Origin: Escherichia phage UE-M6
Sequence record: PP301343.1
Length of the DNA stretch: 64,000 nt
Strand: one strand, 5' to 3'
The notes beneath the pieces are model-generated. The model worked only from the letters and a program-made list of their open reading frames with translations, was not told the DNA's origin and searched no databases. Within the stretch, counting starts at the first letter, position 1; each line of letters begins with the position of its first letter. Shown here in pieces: positions 28,118 through 38,533 of the stretch. Made by a program: the position numbers and the translations under genes.

Positions 28118-28346
28118 TAACCCTGTTTGAACCAATCCCCTTCGGAGAGTATTAAAGGGGACTGGTTCGGTTGTTGTTATTCTGGCGGCTTGTCACCACC
28201 GTGTTTACCACTGCATTTCCACAGGATAATGACAGTGATGATAAAAGCTATGTATGGAGCCGACACGTCTATAATCCTGACCAGTAGTAGCATCAGGACT
28301 ATAAACACTACCACACCTAGCAGCAGCTTCTGAGCCACCTACCAGA

Positions 28347-28790
28347 TTAACTACGTTTAAGGCCAGCGAACAGTGAAGGTTTCGCAGCAGGTTTCTCTGC
28401 TGGTTCTTCAGCCTTAACCTCTTCCTGCACAACTTCTTCTTGTGCTTCTGGTTCAGTTACTGCTTCTTCTTCAGGTTCCGGCGTAGAACTCTCGTTCGGA
28501 CCACCAGTAGAGGTCTGGATTTCTTCTCCCTTTACCTCTTCAACCACTTCTTCTGGTTCCGGTTCTACCGGACGGTGTTTAGCTTCCTGAGGGTTCTTAC
28601 GAGAACGACGTGTCTTCTTCTCTACCAAGGGCGGAGTATCATCGTTATGACTTACCTCTTCGTTAATACCAACGGAGGCTGTACCATCTGCATTGATGAC
28701 AATACTAATGTCTCCAGCAAGATTGATTTGATCATCGACATAAGCCTGTACAGCAGCTTCTACTTCGGACTGGTTCAAAATGATTTGCAT
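28347..28790 (-). CDS. Acidic low-complexity protein
   Basis: 147-aa ORF with a Glu/Pro-rich central region. Confidence 0.45.
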   Translation of the reverse strand: MQIILNQSEVEAAVQAYVDDQINLAGDISIVINADGTASVGINEEVSHNDDTPPLVEKKTRRSRKNPQEAKHRPVEPEPEEVVEEVKGEEIQTSTGGPNESSTPEPEEEAVTEPEAQEEVVQEEVKAEEPAEKPAAKPSLFAGLKRS

Positions 28791-28791
28791 A

Positions 28792-29346
28792 TTACGCCTT
28801 TATTAAATTAAGAAGGTTTTGGAAAGCTGGGAGATTTACACCAGCGTGGATTGCACCGATTGCATCTGCTAAGTGCTCATTCTTATTCAGAAGTTTACCT
28901 TTTTTATCTGTGAGCCAGTTGGCTTCTGGATAGATAGCATGGGCAGCACGAATCATCGTGTCTTTGGATGCAGTTTTATCACCGACCAGTGCAAGTTTAT
29001 TTTCAATTGGGGATACTTCAAAGATTGGACAACCCAATGCACGAAATGCACCAATTAATCCTACGCATACGCCATAGGATTTCATACCGTTAGCAGACTG
29101 AGAGCCTACTGGTACTTCTACGAATACTGCTTTAGCAGACCGTAACCATTCTTCACAACCAAGAAACAAATCGTGAGCGGCTTGTATATCTTTGGAGTTG
29201 GTTCGAACTTGTTTGTTGTGGTCAACTTCAGTTTGAACCAGTTTAAGTTCGACCTGCTCGAAGACGCCGGACTCAATGTCCAGCATCCCACGAGCTAAAC
29301 CCCAATTGCGGAGACTAATGTCTGCACCAACAATTGGGATTTTCAT
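28792..29346 (-). CDS. Putative RuvC-like Holliday junction resolvase
   Basis: 184 aa; N-terminus MKIPIVGADIS resembles the start of RuvC / RNase H-fold resolvases; adjacent to the SSB gene. Confidence 0.4.
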   Translation of the reverse strand: MKIPIVGADISLRNWGLARGMLDIESGVFEQVELKLVQTEVDHNKQVRTNSKDIQAAHDLFLGCEEWLRSAKAVFVEVPVGSQSANGMKSYGVCVGLIGAFRALGCPIFEVSPIENKLALVGDKTASKDTMIRAAHAIYPEANWLTDKKGKLLNKNEHLADAIGAIHAGVNLPAFQNLLNLIKA

Positions 29347-30143
29347 TAACGTTTACCGAACAGTGATTTACCACCAGCAGGAGCAGTACCCGTGCCAGCA
29401 CTTGGTTTAGGAGGCAAGCCACCTTTGCCATTACCACCAGCAGAACCCTTGGTCTTATCACGGGTTTTACCCTTGTTCTTTTCTAACCATGCTGCATAAA
29501 ATACAGCCAGTTCTGGGGTCAGTTCTTTCTCAGCCTTCTCTGCTTCCTGAGCCTCGACGACTGTGACCAGCAGTTCCGGGTGAAACACTTTCTGAATCTC
29601 GTTTACTTCACGGGTTTCACCGGAATCAACGTAACCGTTGTCACCCTTAACCTGCTTAGATTCCAGAACCTTTTCCAGGGCGAAGGTAACAGTCTGACCA
29701 ACCAGGTCTACTGGAACCATGACAGATTTATTAACTTCTGCTTTAGCATCGAAGTCATAGACTTTAACAATCTTCTCTTCGAAGTCAGCTTCAGGCAGTT
29801 CCGTACCGGTAGCCATCAGCATCATGTCGTTAATGACGGTGTATCCCGGCAGGAAGTATTCTTTACCGTTCTTCTCGTAAGTAGGCTTATTGCCTTTAGA
29901 ATTACCAGAAGTGAAGTACACCTGTGAACGGAACTCGCCAGCATCATTACCATCAGAACCTTTCAGGTTTTCAATGATTAACTGCATCCAGTCTGCACCA
30001 GAGTCAGCTTTACCTACGTAAGCTACTTTTACAGTACCGGTGTAGATATCTGACTCCTTTGCACCGAAGCCACCACCACCAAGGGAGTCTTTTACAGCTT
30101 CAACGTTTTTGGTTTTTTCTTTCAAGTTACTGAACAGTGACAT
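29346..30143 (-). CDS. Single-stranded DNA-binding protein (N4 gp45-like)
   Basis: 265 aa, Gly-rich termini; size and position at the end of the replication module match N4 SSB as recalled. Confidence 0.5.
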   Translation of the reverse strand: MSLFSNLKEKTKNVEAVKDSLGGGGFGAKESDIYTGTVKVAYVGKADSGADWMQLIIENLKGSDGNDAGEFRSQVYFTSGNSKGNKPTYEKNGKEYFLPGYTVINDMMLMATGTELPEADFEEKIVKVYDFDAKAEVNKSVMVPVDLVGQTVTFALEKVLESKQVKGDNGYVDSGETREVNEIQKVFHPELLVTVVEAQEAEKAEKELTPELAVFYAAWLEKNKGKTRDKTKGSAGGNGKGGLPPKPSAGTGTAPAGGKSLFGKR

Positions 30144-30183
30144 AATATTTTTCCTAATAAGTGATTAACAACCAGGCAAACGC

Positions 30184-30936
30184 TTAAGCGTAGTATTCAG
30201 CCAGATGGTCTAAGAGTTTCTGGGCATCATTATCAATGTAAGTCTCAGACTTATCGAACATACCCATTGGGGAACGTAGACGTTTACCAACAGACTTCTT
30301 GGTTGGGCGAGTCTGGAATACGTGCTTATAACCTAAGTCACGTTCTTCTTCGGTAATTTCAAGCATCTTGTTGCCATACTTCTCCAGCTCTTTAATGTCT
30401 ACACGCTCTGCGTAAACCACTGTAGAGAAGTAAGCCTCAAGACCATTGTTCTTCAGAGAACCTTTCACTGGGATGAATGTTTTAATCACACCAGCAGCTT
30501 CGTCGAGTTCATCTTTGGCATGGGCAGTAATAATTACTGGCTTACCAAATTTAACAACTTTCTGTTGCAGCAGTATTTTAAAGAACTGTGCAAAATCTCC
30601 CCATGCCTTCTGAGTATTAGCAGATGGCAGTACATACTGAGATTCCAGCATATCCATCATGAAGGTAGCAGAGTCGATAATGATTCCATCAACATCGTCT
30701 GCCATTTCACCACCTGGGGATGCAACATCAAATGCTTCCCAAATCTGATATGGGTCTTCAATGTTGTAGGTATTGAATTTGTTACGGAAGGGTAGACGTT
30801 TGCCCGCTTCAGTATTCAGATATAGCCAGCGTTCCTGGTTCCTGATGTTACGCAGTGATGCTGATTTACCACTCGCTGAGAATCCTGCAATCAGGATTAG
30901 CTGAGTGTTCATATCATTGGAGATTTCTTCGGACAT
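30184..30936 (-). CDS. P-loop ATPase (RecA/Sak4-like, N4 gp44-like position)
   Basis: Walker A GFSASGKS near the N-terminus; 250 aa. Confidence 0.55.
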   Translation of the reverse strand: MSEEISNDMNTQLILIAGFSASGKSASLRNIRNQERWLYLNTEAGKRLPFRNKFNTYNIEDPYQIWEAFDVASPGGEMADDVDGIIIDSATFMMDMLESQYVLPSANTQKAWGDFAQFFKILLQQKVVKFGKPVIITAHAKDELDEAAGVIKTFIPVKGSLKNNGLEAYFSTVVYAERVDIKELEKYGNKMLEITEEERDLGYKHVFQTRPTKKSVGKRLRSPMGMFDKSETYIDNDAQKLLDHLAEYYA

Positions 30937-30992
30937 TATTTTTCCTCGTTTAATTTAGGAGTCCTTCAAACCAAAGAAAGACTCCTGTTTAC

Positions 30993-33146
30993 TTATTTGC
31001 CAGCGTAGCGTTTAGCCACGGTGACCATTACGGTTGCATTCAATTCATCATCTGGTAATGGATTAGCCAGTTTCTTATTGAATGTGTGGACGGCTTGCTG
31101 TACTTGAGCAAAGTCCCAACCACTGTCAACCAATGCCAGTGCGTACTTAATCATTTGATTATTACGATTACCGGAGGCAATACGACTAGCGAACCAACGC
31201 TCCAGATTATCCAACGACTGTACTTCCTTCATCTGGTTCTGGAACTGCTCGTTCTTACTAGTACGAGGAATAAAGTCACGCACATCTAACAGATTCGCAT
31301 CAAGATTGTAATGATAGGAACCAGTCTCACAGGACATCCACTTCTTGGCTCGTTGGTTAGCAGACTCATCTGTTTCAAATGGTAGCCAAGCCATAACGTT
31401 ATTCATGAACTCTTTGTATTCCTCAGTGTCGAGGTGTAACTCATAGTTCATTGGAATAATCAGACGGAAGCGGTTCTCTTCATCAGTATGACGCTTGGTG
31501 GTATAGGTCATGAACTTATATTCCTTCATTAGTTCATGGCACGTATGCAGGGGTACTCCACCATCACAGTCAATAACAATCATGTTAAATCCTGGGATAA
31601 CATTTTCTTCAGAACGATGCCCATTCTTCATGTGATGGTTTACCCAGTGCATACCGGGAGCTTGGGTTAATACATGCAACTGGTCGAACGGTACACGTTC
31701 ACCAATGTAGTCATAAGCAAAGCTATCACTATACGCCACAATCATCTCATTGATGTCTGTCTCTTTAAGAGTTTCACCACGGAAGAACTCAATACCTTCA
31801 TTGAAGGTCTTCTTAATGATGATGTGCTGCTTGTAACCCCATGCTGTAGCAAGAGTCATCATCTCATTACGAGCTGCATTACCACTCTTATAGAATGGTA
31901 AAGACTCCACCAAATCAGCATGGGTTACTTCTTTACCTACAGAAGCAATGTACTTAGCCAGCTTCACATAAGCCTTCTCACGATTGAGGATTGTCTGAAA
32001 TGCTGCTCCAGATTCTTCTACAAGCAGAATTGCTTGTTTAAGGTGGGTCATCTCAATGAATGAACTTTGGTCAACAAACGCCAGTGCACCTGCCAGCTTA
32101 AGTGCTTTGAAATAACGGTGAGAAATTTCAGCTTTACGAATATCTTCATGGTCAGCCATAGCTTCTGCTTGCTTCTCACAATCAATTTTGTAAGCAATCA
32201 GAGCAATACCCACGGCATCTTCTACAACCATCTTAAAACCAAACAGGTTTGGGTCAGCCAGACTATGGAAATGGTTAGCCCACTTACCAAGAGTCTGTAC
32301 GTTATCTTGTTTAATCAGGTTACGGTAGATTTCTTCCGGGGTTAGTGTTGCATGTGCTCTCTTGTCTAAGTGACCAGTAGCAAACAGACAGCGACGTGCA
32401 TACCCTATATCGAGAAAGCCATAGAACTGGTCTTCAGTCTGACCACCATCCAGCAGCTTACTCGGAGTACCGAACAGCAGCAGGTTAGTTGGAGTTTTTC
32501 CATCCAATTCTTCACCACGAACGCTTTCAGCAGTATTCTTGGTTAGCTTCTGTTTTACTTTTCCCTGGTCATATAACTCCAGGAATAGGGTTAGTACATC
32601 CATGTTAGCCAACAGGTTCGAACCAATTTCATCAATCTGAAGATTGATTGAACCACACCCAGCCATTAACAGCTTATGCCGTAGCTGTTTAACTGCTGGT
32701 GGAGTACCAGAGTCAAACGTAAACGGATATGCCCCGGCACGTTTATACTCTGCTTCAACTTTATCAAACTCTTCCTGCTGGTCAGTACCCTGACGAGCAG
32801 AACGTTCGTTAGCAATCTTCCATAGACGATCATTTGCAATGACGGGCATGGTGTCTTCCATAAAGCGTTTACGGAAGCCAGACATGAACCCGTCTTCAAT
32901 GATATTTACTGAGTGACCTTTACCGAAACCAGATGTAGCCAACGCTATAGCGTAGATGTTTACCGGCAGGTCACCACGGTCTTTAGTTACAATGGTTGCA
33001 CCCATGCAGGATGCCATTTTAGCCAAGAAGTAGGCTACTTCGACACGGAAGAATCCCCGGTCATTATTCTGGGTTTTATTGCAGAGCACATCTACGATTT
33101 CTTCAATCGCTGGATGGTGACTGATGTCAGTAAGGTCGATACTCAT
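30993..33146 (-). CDS. Putative DNA primase (N4 gp43-like position)
   Basis: 717-aa ORF placed by synteny between the ATPase and nuclease genes; no motif verified by eye. Confidence 0.45.
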   Translation of the reverse strand: MSIDLTDISHHPAIEEIVDVLCNKTQNNDRGFFRVEVAYFLAKMASCMGATIVTKDRGDLPVNIYAIALATSGFGKGHSVNIIEDGFMSGFRKRFMEDTMPVIANDRLWKIANERSARQGTDQQEEFDKVEAEYKRAGAYPFTFDSGTPPAVKQLRHKLLMAGCGSINLQIDEIGSNLLANMDVLTLFLELYDQGKVKQKLTKNTAESVRGEELDGKTPTNLLLFGTPSKLLDGGQTEDQFYGFLDIGYARRCLFATGHLDKRAHATLTPEEIYRNLIKQDNVQTLGKWANHFHSLADPNLFGFKMVVEDAVGIALIAYKIDCEKQAEAMADHEDIRKAEISHRYFKALKLAGALAFVDQSSFIEMTHLKQAILLVEESGAAFQTILNREKAYVKLAKYIASVGKEVTHADLVESLPFYKSGNAARNEMMTLATAWGYKQHIIIKKTFNEGIEFFRGETLKETDINEMIVAYSDSFAYDYIGERVPFDQLHVLTQAPGMHWVNHHMKNGHRSEENVIPGFNMIVIDCDGGVPLHTCHELMKEYKFMTYTTKRHTDEENRFRLIIPMNYELHLDTEEYKEFMNNVMAWLPFETDESANQRAKKWMSCETGSYHYNLDANLLDVRDFIPRTSKNEQFQNQMKEVQSLDNLERWFASRIASGNRNNQMIKYALALVDSGWDFAQVQQAVHTFNKKLANPLPDDELNATVMVTVAKRYAGK

Positions 33147-33658
33147 TTGATTAATCCTATGCTCTTATTAGTGACGGCATATTCTCCGAAGTATTTTACG
33201 GCAGCTAAGTCGTATACTTTGGCAGCTTCAATTGCTTCCAGGAATACACCTAAATGAATTGATTTACGGTTTACTTTGATTTTGGCTAAGTAGTTACCCC
33301 TGAACTTAGTAACACCCATAAAACCACTGGTGTTGTTTTTATTCAGTCCACGGTTAGCACCATTGGTGCTTTTATCCGCTTCCCTTAGATTGTCTATCCA
33401 GTTGTGGTGACGTATGGTGTCTTTATGGTCTATTAAACCAGTAGGCCACATACCGTACACGTACAACCAAGCTAACCTATGGGCAGCTTCCCGTTTGGCA
33501 TCAACTGTTATGTAGAGATAACCGTCACTGTTATTGAGCGACCCAGCAACACTACCGACAGGTGTTCGGTTACTGAGGGAGATGCGGCGAGTAAATATCC
33601 CAGTAAGTGGGTCATAATGCAGCAACTCTTTTAGCCGTTGCTGAGTCAGCTTAATCAT
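33143..33658 (-). CDS. HNH homing endonuclease with AP2 DNA-binding domain
   Basis: HNH_3-like motif YDPLTGIF...IDHKDTIRHHNWIDNLRE and AP2-like C-terminus; start at the internal Met; inserted between the nuclease and primase genes. Confidence 0.75.
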   Translation of the reverse strand: MIKLTQQRLKELLHYDPLTGIFTRRISLSNRTPVGSVAGSLNNSDGYLYITVDAKREAAHRLAWLYVYGMWPTGLIDHKDTIRHHNWIDNLREADKSTNGANRGLNKNNTSGFMGVTKFRGNYLAKIKVNRKSIHLGVFLEAIEAAKVYDLAAVKYFGEYAVTNKSIGLIK

Positions 33659-34635
33659 GATGGAAAATATCTCTCTCTTTGTTTGCAAATGGTTGCGACA
33701 GGGCAGTATAAGCAACGCTTAACCTGCCCCTCCACGACCTTGATAGCACCCTTGCCACCTTTTTCAGCCATGAAGATACGGGCAGATGCCATATCGTCAA
33801 AGTTTTTGGTACTTCTGGCTCCAGGCATATCTACCTTAGAAGCATCAGAGAAGTATTTGAACTGTGGCTCTGTTCGCCACAACTCCTCGTCAGTACATTC
33901 AGGAATTTCCTCTTCAGGAGCATCCCAGTACTTTTCGATGAGATGTATCTTCTCTTCTACCCAACGTTCAGTCTTATCGACAGATAACAACGGAATATCC
34001 TTATGCATAATACGATTAGCAGGATAGTTCGGATTGCTATTAGCCATGTGTTTCATGAAGTCAGTGAAGATGTAGTTAATACGGATTACATCCTCGGTAA
34101 TGATGTCGTTGTGAATCCAACGGTACAAGCTACCTTGCATCTTGTGTTCATCATCACGGGAACCAGCAACCCAGGAATAGGTTGAGGTAGACTTAAAGTC
34201 TTGCAATAGACCTTCTGTTACGATGTCGAACTTACCTCCGATAGTCCAACCCTTAACTACCCTGGTTCCACGTTGTTCAATGTAGATTGGGATAAGGTCA
34301 GGGTTAGCATCAAAGTCTGCTTTGGTTGGGTTAATGACTACTGCATCAATTACTCGCTGAGGATAACCCAACTTTTTCAATGCAGTCTTATGGCCTAACT
34401 TCCAGGCTTTCTCAATAGAATCGTGTAAGCCAGTACCCATTGATGTGGAGACGAAATCCATAACATCAATAGACTGGTCACTAAGGTCTACACGATGTTT
34501 CATGACGATTTGCTTAAGTGGCTTAAGCAATGTAGTTACAGACAGATACTTGGGATTGTCTACATAATCATACTCGTCATGTAATAGCCATACAGCCAGG
34601 GCCAGCGAGACATCATGGTTGTTGGTTATCTTCAT
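33655..34635 (-). CDS. Putative PD-(D/E)XK-type nuclease with C-terminal Cys cluster (N4 gp42-like position)
   Basis: 326 aa; C-terminal CLYCPVATIC cluster reminiscent of Cas4/RecB-like nucleases; in the replication module. Confidence 0.4.
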   Translation of the reverse strand: MKITNNHDVSLALAVWLLHDEYDYVDNPKYLSVTTLLKPLKQIVMKHRVDLSDQSIDVMDFVSTSMGTGLHDSIEKAWKLGHKTALKKLGYPQRVIDAVVINPTKADFDANPDLIPIYIEQRGTRVVKGWTIGGKFDIVTEGLLQDFKSTSTYSWVAGSRDDEHKMQGSLYRWIHNDIITEDVIRINYIFTDFMKHMANSNPNYPANRIMHKDIPLLSVDKTERWVEEKIHLIEKYWDAPEEEIPECTDEELWRTEPQFKYFSDASKVDMPGARSTKNFDDMASARIFMAEKGGKGAIKVVEGQVKRCLYCPVATICKQRERYFPS

Positions 34636-35102
34636 CAGTAAGTAATCCTGTATCTATGCACCTGGTTCCAACGAATACTCTCTACCTCATCGAAGCTATA
34701 GCTGACTATGTTATCTAGTTCACCTTTGTACGCTACCTCAATGAACTGAAAGTTCACTGTTAGATAAGGCTTTCCATTCCCCGGGTAATGCCAGCATCTC
34801 CCAGTAGCAGTGATATCTGTGGCAGGTAATTCATCTACTAACTTCTCTTTAGTAAGAATACGATTAGCGTAATGAACCAATTTCTCACAGTCATAAACTG
34901 AAGTGTTTCCAGGTTTACCATTACCCATACGGGCAGCAGCATTTCGCCATAGAGCTTTAAAGGCACAACCTTCATCGAAGGTCATGCCTAGTGCTTGGAT
35001 AATATCCTCACACTCTGCTTGGTATGGCTCTTGCTCTTTCCGTTGGGGATTCTTAATTGTAACTACATAGTAGTTATTAAGACCACCGGAGAGCTTAGTC
35101 AT
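34635..35102 (-). CDS. DUF3310-like protein
   Basis: Segment GCAFKALWRNAAARMGNGKPGNTSVYDCEKLVHYANRI fits the recalled DUF3310 pattern. Confidence 0.4.
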   Translation of the reverse strand: MTKLSGGLNNYYVVTIKNPQRKEQEPYQAECEDIIQALGMTFDEGCAFKALWRNAAARMGNGKPGNTSVYDCEKLVHYANRILTKEKLVDELPATDITATGRCWHYPGNGKPYLTVNFQFIEVAYKGELDNIVSYSFDEVESIRWNQVHRYRITY

Positions 35103-35407
35103 TATTCCCCCTTGGGAATCATGTTTGCCTGGAACTCTGGTTCAGACATCAGGCCCAGGTTGTTAATAGATAGATAAACAATATCTTTCAAATCAACTGA
35201 GGTATCGAAACGCTGATCCAGACTAATCTTCAGTGAGTGATTGGCACGAGCCAAATCTTTATAGGTCACATGAGGTTCGTCAGTGAGCAGCATTGTGTTC
35301 ATGGTAAGCAGGGAGCCATCATCAGCTTTAGGAAGCTGGAAGATTACCTGTGCTGCCACCATCCAATGATACTTTTTGACTACAGTTTCTTTAGTACTTT
35401 TGGTCAT
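35102..35407 (-). CDS. Hypothetical protein
   Basis: 101-aa ORF translationally coupled to its neighbours. Confidence 0.45.
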   Translation of the reverse strand: MTKSTKETVVKKYHWMVAAQVIFQLPKADDGSLLTMNTMLLTDEPHVTYKDLARANHSLKISLDQRFDTSVDLKDIVYLSINNLGLMSEPEFQANMIPKGE

Positions 35408-37983
35408 GCGAATGCCTTTTGAATTATTTGATGAACTTCTTCTGGGGTAGCGTGATTTGGAATTTCAATCTCGTTAGCCCACGTTGGGTAAAACAAGGAT
35501 AGTTCCCCACCCAAACCAACTTCTGGATGAGCAATATCAGGATGATCCTGCCAGTTAACGGCTTCAACCAAGTGCTTGTTCGTATACTGCAAGGTGTCCA
35601 TGTTATCGCGAATCATGAAGTATTGGGCATCATGAATGTGAATACAAGGGCGTATATCTAACCTGAACTCACTGGTTCTGACTTTACGCATAAACTCTGA
35701 GCCAGCACGGTTATTCAGTAGACACCAGCTTTGACCTAATGCGTTACCAGCAGTTCTGCCTTCTGCTTCTGCTTCATATGGAGTCTTACATGTCCCACGT
35801 AATACCTGAGCCAGTAAAGGAGTACGCACTCTCAAACCAAATGCAGCAGTTACATAACCAGTCTTAGCAGCTTCATCTAGCTTAGCCTGAACCCACATAT
35901 CACTAACTACATAGAGATCGTGATAACGTTTCTCTGTAGTCTTAGCCTTCTCTTCGGAGAAGCCACAGTTTTTCATTAAGCCCATATAAGTACCACCATA
36001 GGTAAGTAAGAAGGTTGGAGCCTTCGAGTCACTACGCAATGATTTGTACTTATGCTGAATGGAGTTAATGGATTCTACTGTGTCTTCAATGTCTGGCATC
36101 TGCTCACCAAAATAAGCATATGCGCGAAGACTATGACCGTCATAACCATCGGTATATACCTTAAGCTTCTGTGGGTCTTTAGTCGTCAGTGCAGAGATTC
36201 TGTCTTCCAGCGAGGCGAAATCCAAGCCGCAAAATATCCAGCCTGGAGGAGCTTCGAAGCATTTCTTAATCTTCTTGGCATATTTAGAGCCGGATGGAAT
36301 TGTTTGTAGATTTGGCTCTGAAGCCGATAACCTACCGGAGACTGTGCCTCCCAGATTGAGGTTACCGAACAGGTAGTGCCAGCCATCTGGTCCCGGTTGG
36401 GCATTCCTGAAAGCTGGTATAAAGCTAGTGATAATCTTATCCACGAGCTTATAGTCGATAAGTGCATTGAGCAGTTCCTTAACATCTTCACTCTGCGTAT
36501 GTGTACGCAGTGCTTTAATAGTGTCACCGTCAGTAGCAGGTTGCTTGCTCTTAGTAAGACCAAGAACCGGTAAGCCGATATAATCAAATAACAACTTCTG
36601 TAGTTGTGGACCAGAGTTAGGATTAAACTCGATGTCACAATCAGCCAGTGTTACCTGTTTCTTTTTCAACTTAGCATTCTTATCGTCTACCCATTCCTGA
36701 CGAAGCATCAGGGTAAAGTTCTTCATGAGGTTAGACTCACGAATAGTTTTCAGAGCCTGGTTCCTGTCAGTTTCCATTTCTTCAGCTACTTGGTTAACGG
36801 TTTCCATATTCATGGGCATACCGGTTAACTGCATCTGAATAATGTCTTCACAGGCTGGTTTAAAGATGTTGTTGTAAACATCTAGTTGGTCATCGGCAAT
36901 GAGAGTATCCCAGTGCTTCTCATAAGTGTACCAAGTACACAATCCATCAATGAGGTTGTAGCGTAGCAATTGCTCATTGGGTATAAGACGTATGTCTTTA
37001 ATATCATCCTGAGCATAGTTACCAGCATATTCCTGAGCCTGGTCTTTCAGACTAAGGTGATTACCAGCACAACTGTTAGTAGCCAAGTAGGTAATTAACT
37101 TAGTACAGTCCCAATTGCGTAGCATGATCTCCATGCCGTGCAGTAAGCCTTCCGTATCAATCAGGTTATCCATGAACAGCTGATAGATAAGTATGTACAC
37201 GTCATAGCTAATGTTGTGATACATCTGCCGTTGGGTGTACTTAATGAAGAACTCACGCAGAAGGTTTCGAACAATATCATTACGGTTGATACGCCCGTAT
37301 GGTGCTTCTGTAGCCCCAGGAATTGGCTCGTAGTCCACATTAAAGGCTATGCCTTGTGTCTTACTCCAACAGAATGTAATTGTTCCTATACCAGCGTTAT
37401 AATGCTTTAAACCGAATGCTTCGATGTCTATAGCCAAAGGCTTATTCATCTCAAGCAACTGGTCTAACCAGGCTTTAATCTTCTCAGGAGTATCTGGATA
37501 GGCTTCAAACTCAATGATTCCCTGACCTGGTTCAGCATACTGCCCACGTATATGGTTGAGTAATGCATCCATACCCTGAGCAATCTTGGATTTCACTACA
37601 GGTGGGTCATAAAATACCTGCCTGTAGCTAGGCGTATAGATAACCTTCTGCTTACCCCATACTGAGTCACAAACATAGCCGAGGTTAGCCTCTGCTTTAG
37701 CTTCCTTAGTCAGTATTTTAAAGTAGTCAGAATCGGTACAGATAATGTATTGAGTTTCCGCATCATCCAGTACTTGTTGCAGTTCCTGCTGTATGAACTC
37801 CTTAATCTCCCTTGCAGGAGTCTTCTTCTTGCCTGGAGCAGAATGAAGTTCAATGAAGATGAAGTCTTCCATGCTTAGGTCATAAGGCAGCAGGTAGGTT
37901 TTAATCATCTCCTCCCTTCGGATTTGATGACCGAGGATAGCAATAGGATACTTACCAGTATCCTGAGAGGTGATGTAACGCAT
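35404..37983 (-). CDS. DNA polymerase, family A, with 3'-5' exonuclease domain
   Basis: 859 aa; exo motif LAIDIEAFG near the N-terminal part; Pol I-type segment NPNSGPQLQKLLFDYIGLP. Confidence 0.85.
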   Translation of the reverse strand: MRYITSQDTGKYPIAILGHQIRREEMIKTYLLPYDLSMEDFIFIELHSAPGKKKTPAREIKEFIQQELQQVLDDAETQYIICTDSDYFKILTKEAKAEANLGYVCDSVWGKQKVIYTPSYRQVFYDPPVVKSKIAQGMDALLNHIRGQYAEPGQGIIEFEAYPDTPEKIKAWLDQLLEMNKPLAIDIEAFGLKHYNAGIGTITFCWSKTQGIAFNVDYEPIPGATEAPYGRINRNDIVRNLLREFFIKYTQRQMYHNISYDVYILIYQLFMDNLIDTEGLLHGMEIMLRNWDCTKLITYLATNSCAGNHLSLKDQAQEYAGNYAQDDIKDIRLIPNEQLLRYNLIDGLCTWYTYEKHWDTLIADDQLDVYNNIFKPACEDIIQMQLTGMPMNMETVNQVAEEMETDRNQALKTIRESNLMKNFTLMLRQEWVDDKNAKLKKKQVTLADCDIEFNPNSGPQLQKLLFDYIGLPVLGLTKSKQPATDGDTIKALRTHTQSEDVKELLNALIDYKLVDKIITSFIPAFRNAQPGPDGWHYLFGNLNLGGTVSGRLSASEPNLQTIPSGSKYAKKIKKCFEAPPGWIFCGLDFASLEDRISALTTKDPQKLKVYTDGYDGHSLRAYAYFGEQMPDIEDTVESINSIQHKYKSLRSDSKAPTFLLTYGGTYMGLMKNCGFSEEKAKTTEKRYHDLYVVSDMWVQAKLDEAAKTGYVTAAFGLRVRTPLLAQVLRGTCKTPYEAEAEGRTAGNALGQSWCLLNNRAGSEFMRKVRTSEFRLDIRPCIHIHDAQYFMIRDNMDTLQYTNKHLVEAVNWQDHPDIAHPEVGLGGELSLFYPTWANEIEIPNHATPEEVHQIIQKAFA

Positions 37984-37992
37984 AGCTTTACC

Positions 37993-38523
37993 TTAGAAAA
38001 TCAGATGGGAAGCTGCATAGTACTCAATAGAAGGCAGAATCTTCTCATACTGCTTAATTGCCATAGCATCACCAGCAAGTGTCCAGGCTGCTTCACGAAT
38101 ACGTGGCAGTTCCTTGTACTTACCAGTCTGGTCTTGGGCTACCAGACACTCAGGTAAAGCATCACGTACATCCTGATAGGACATACAACCACGAACCAGA
38201 CGATATACAGTCTGGTTCACAAGGTGTACTTCCATAATCAAACGACTGGAGGCTTTCAGATACTTGTCCATTGCAGGCCATAGTTCTGGATTAAGAGTTA
38301 GCCGCTCACCGTAGGTGGGAGGTCTGGTAGCATTAGAACGCTGATAGAACTCTCCCTGGTGAAGGAATCCAGCCGATACATCTACACCGTTAATACGGTC
38401 ATTCTTATCAATAATACTGTTTAACACACCATCAAGACGAACCAGTTCTGCTAAGAACAGATGCTTGACTATCTCGCTACTATTGGCAACCTGACCAATA
38501 GTCGCTGAACCAATCTGAGGCAT
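37993..38523 (-). CDS. Hypothetical protein
   Basis: 176-aa ORF between the helicase and polymerase genes. Confidence 0.5.
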   Translation of the reverse strand: MPQIGSATIGQVANSSEIVKHLFLAELVRLDGVLNSIIDKNDRINGVDVSAGFLHQGEFYQRSNATRPPTYGERLTLNPELWPAMDKYLKASSRLIMEVHLVNQTVYRLVRGCMSYQDVRDALPECLVAQDQTGKYKELPRIREAAWTLAGDAMAIKQYEKILPSIEYYAASHLIF

Positions 38524-38533
38524 ATATCCTCCC

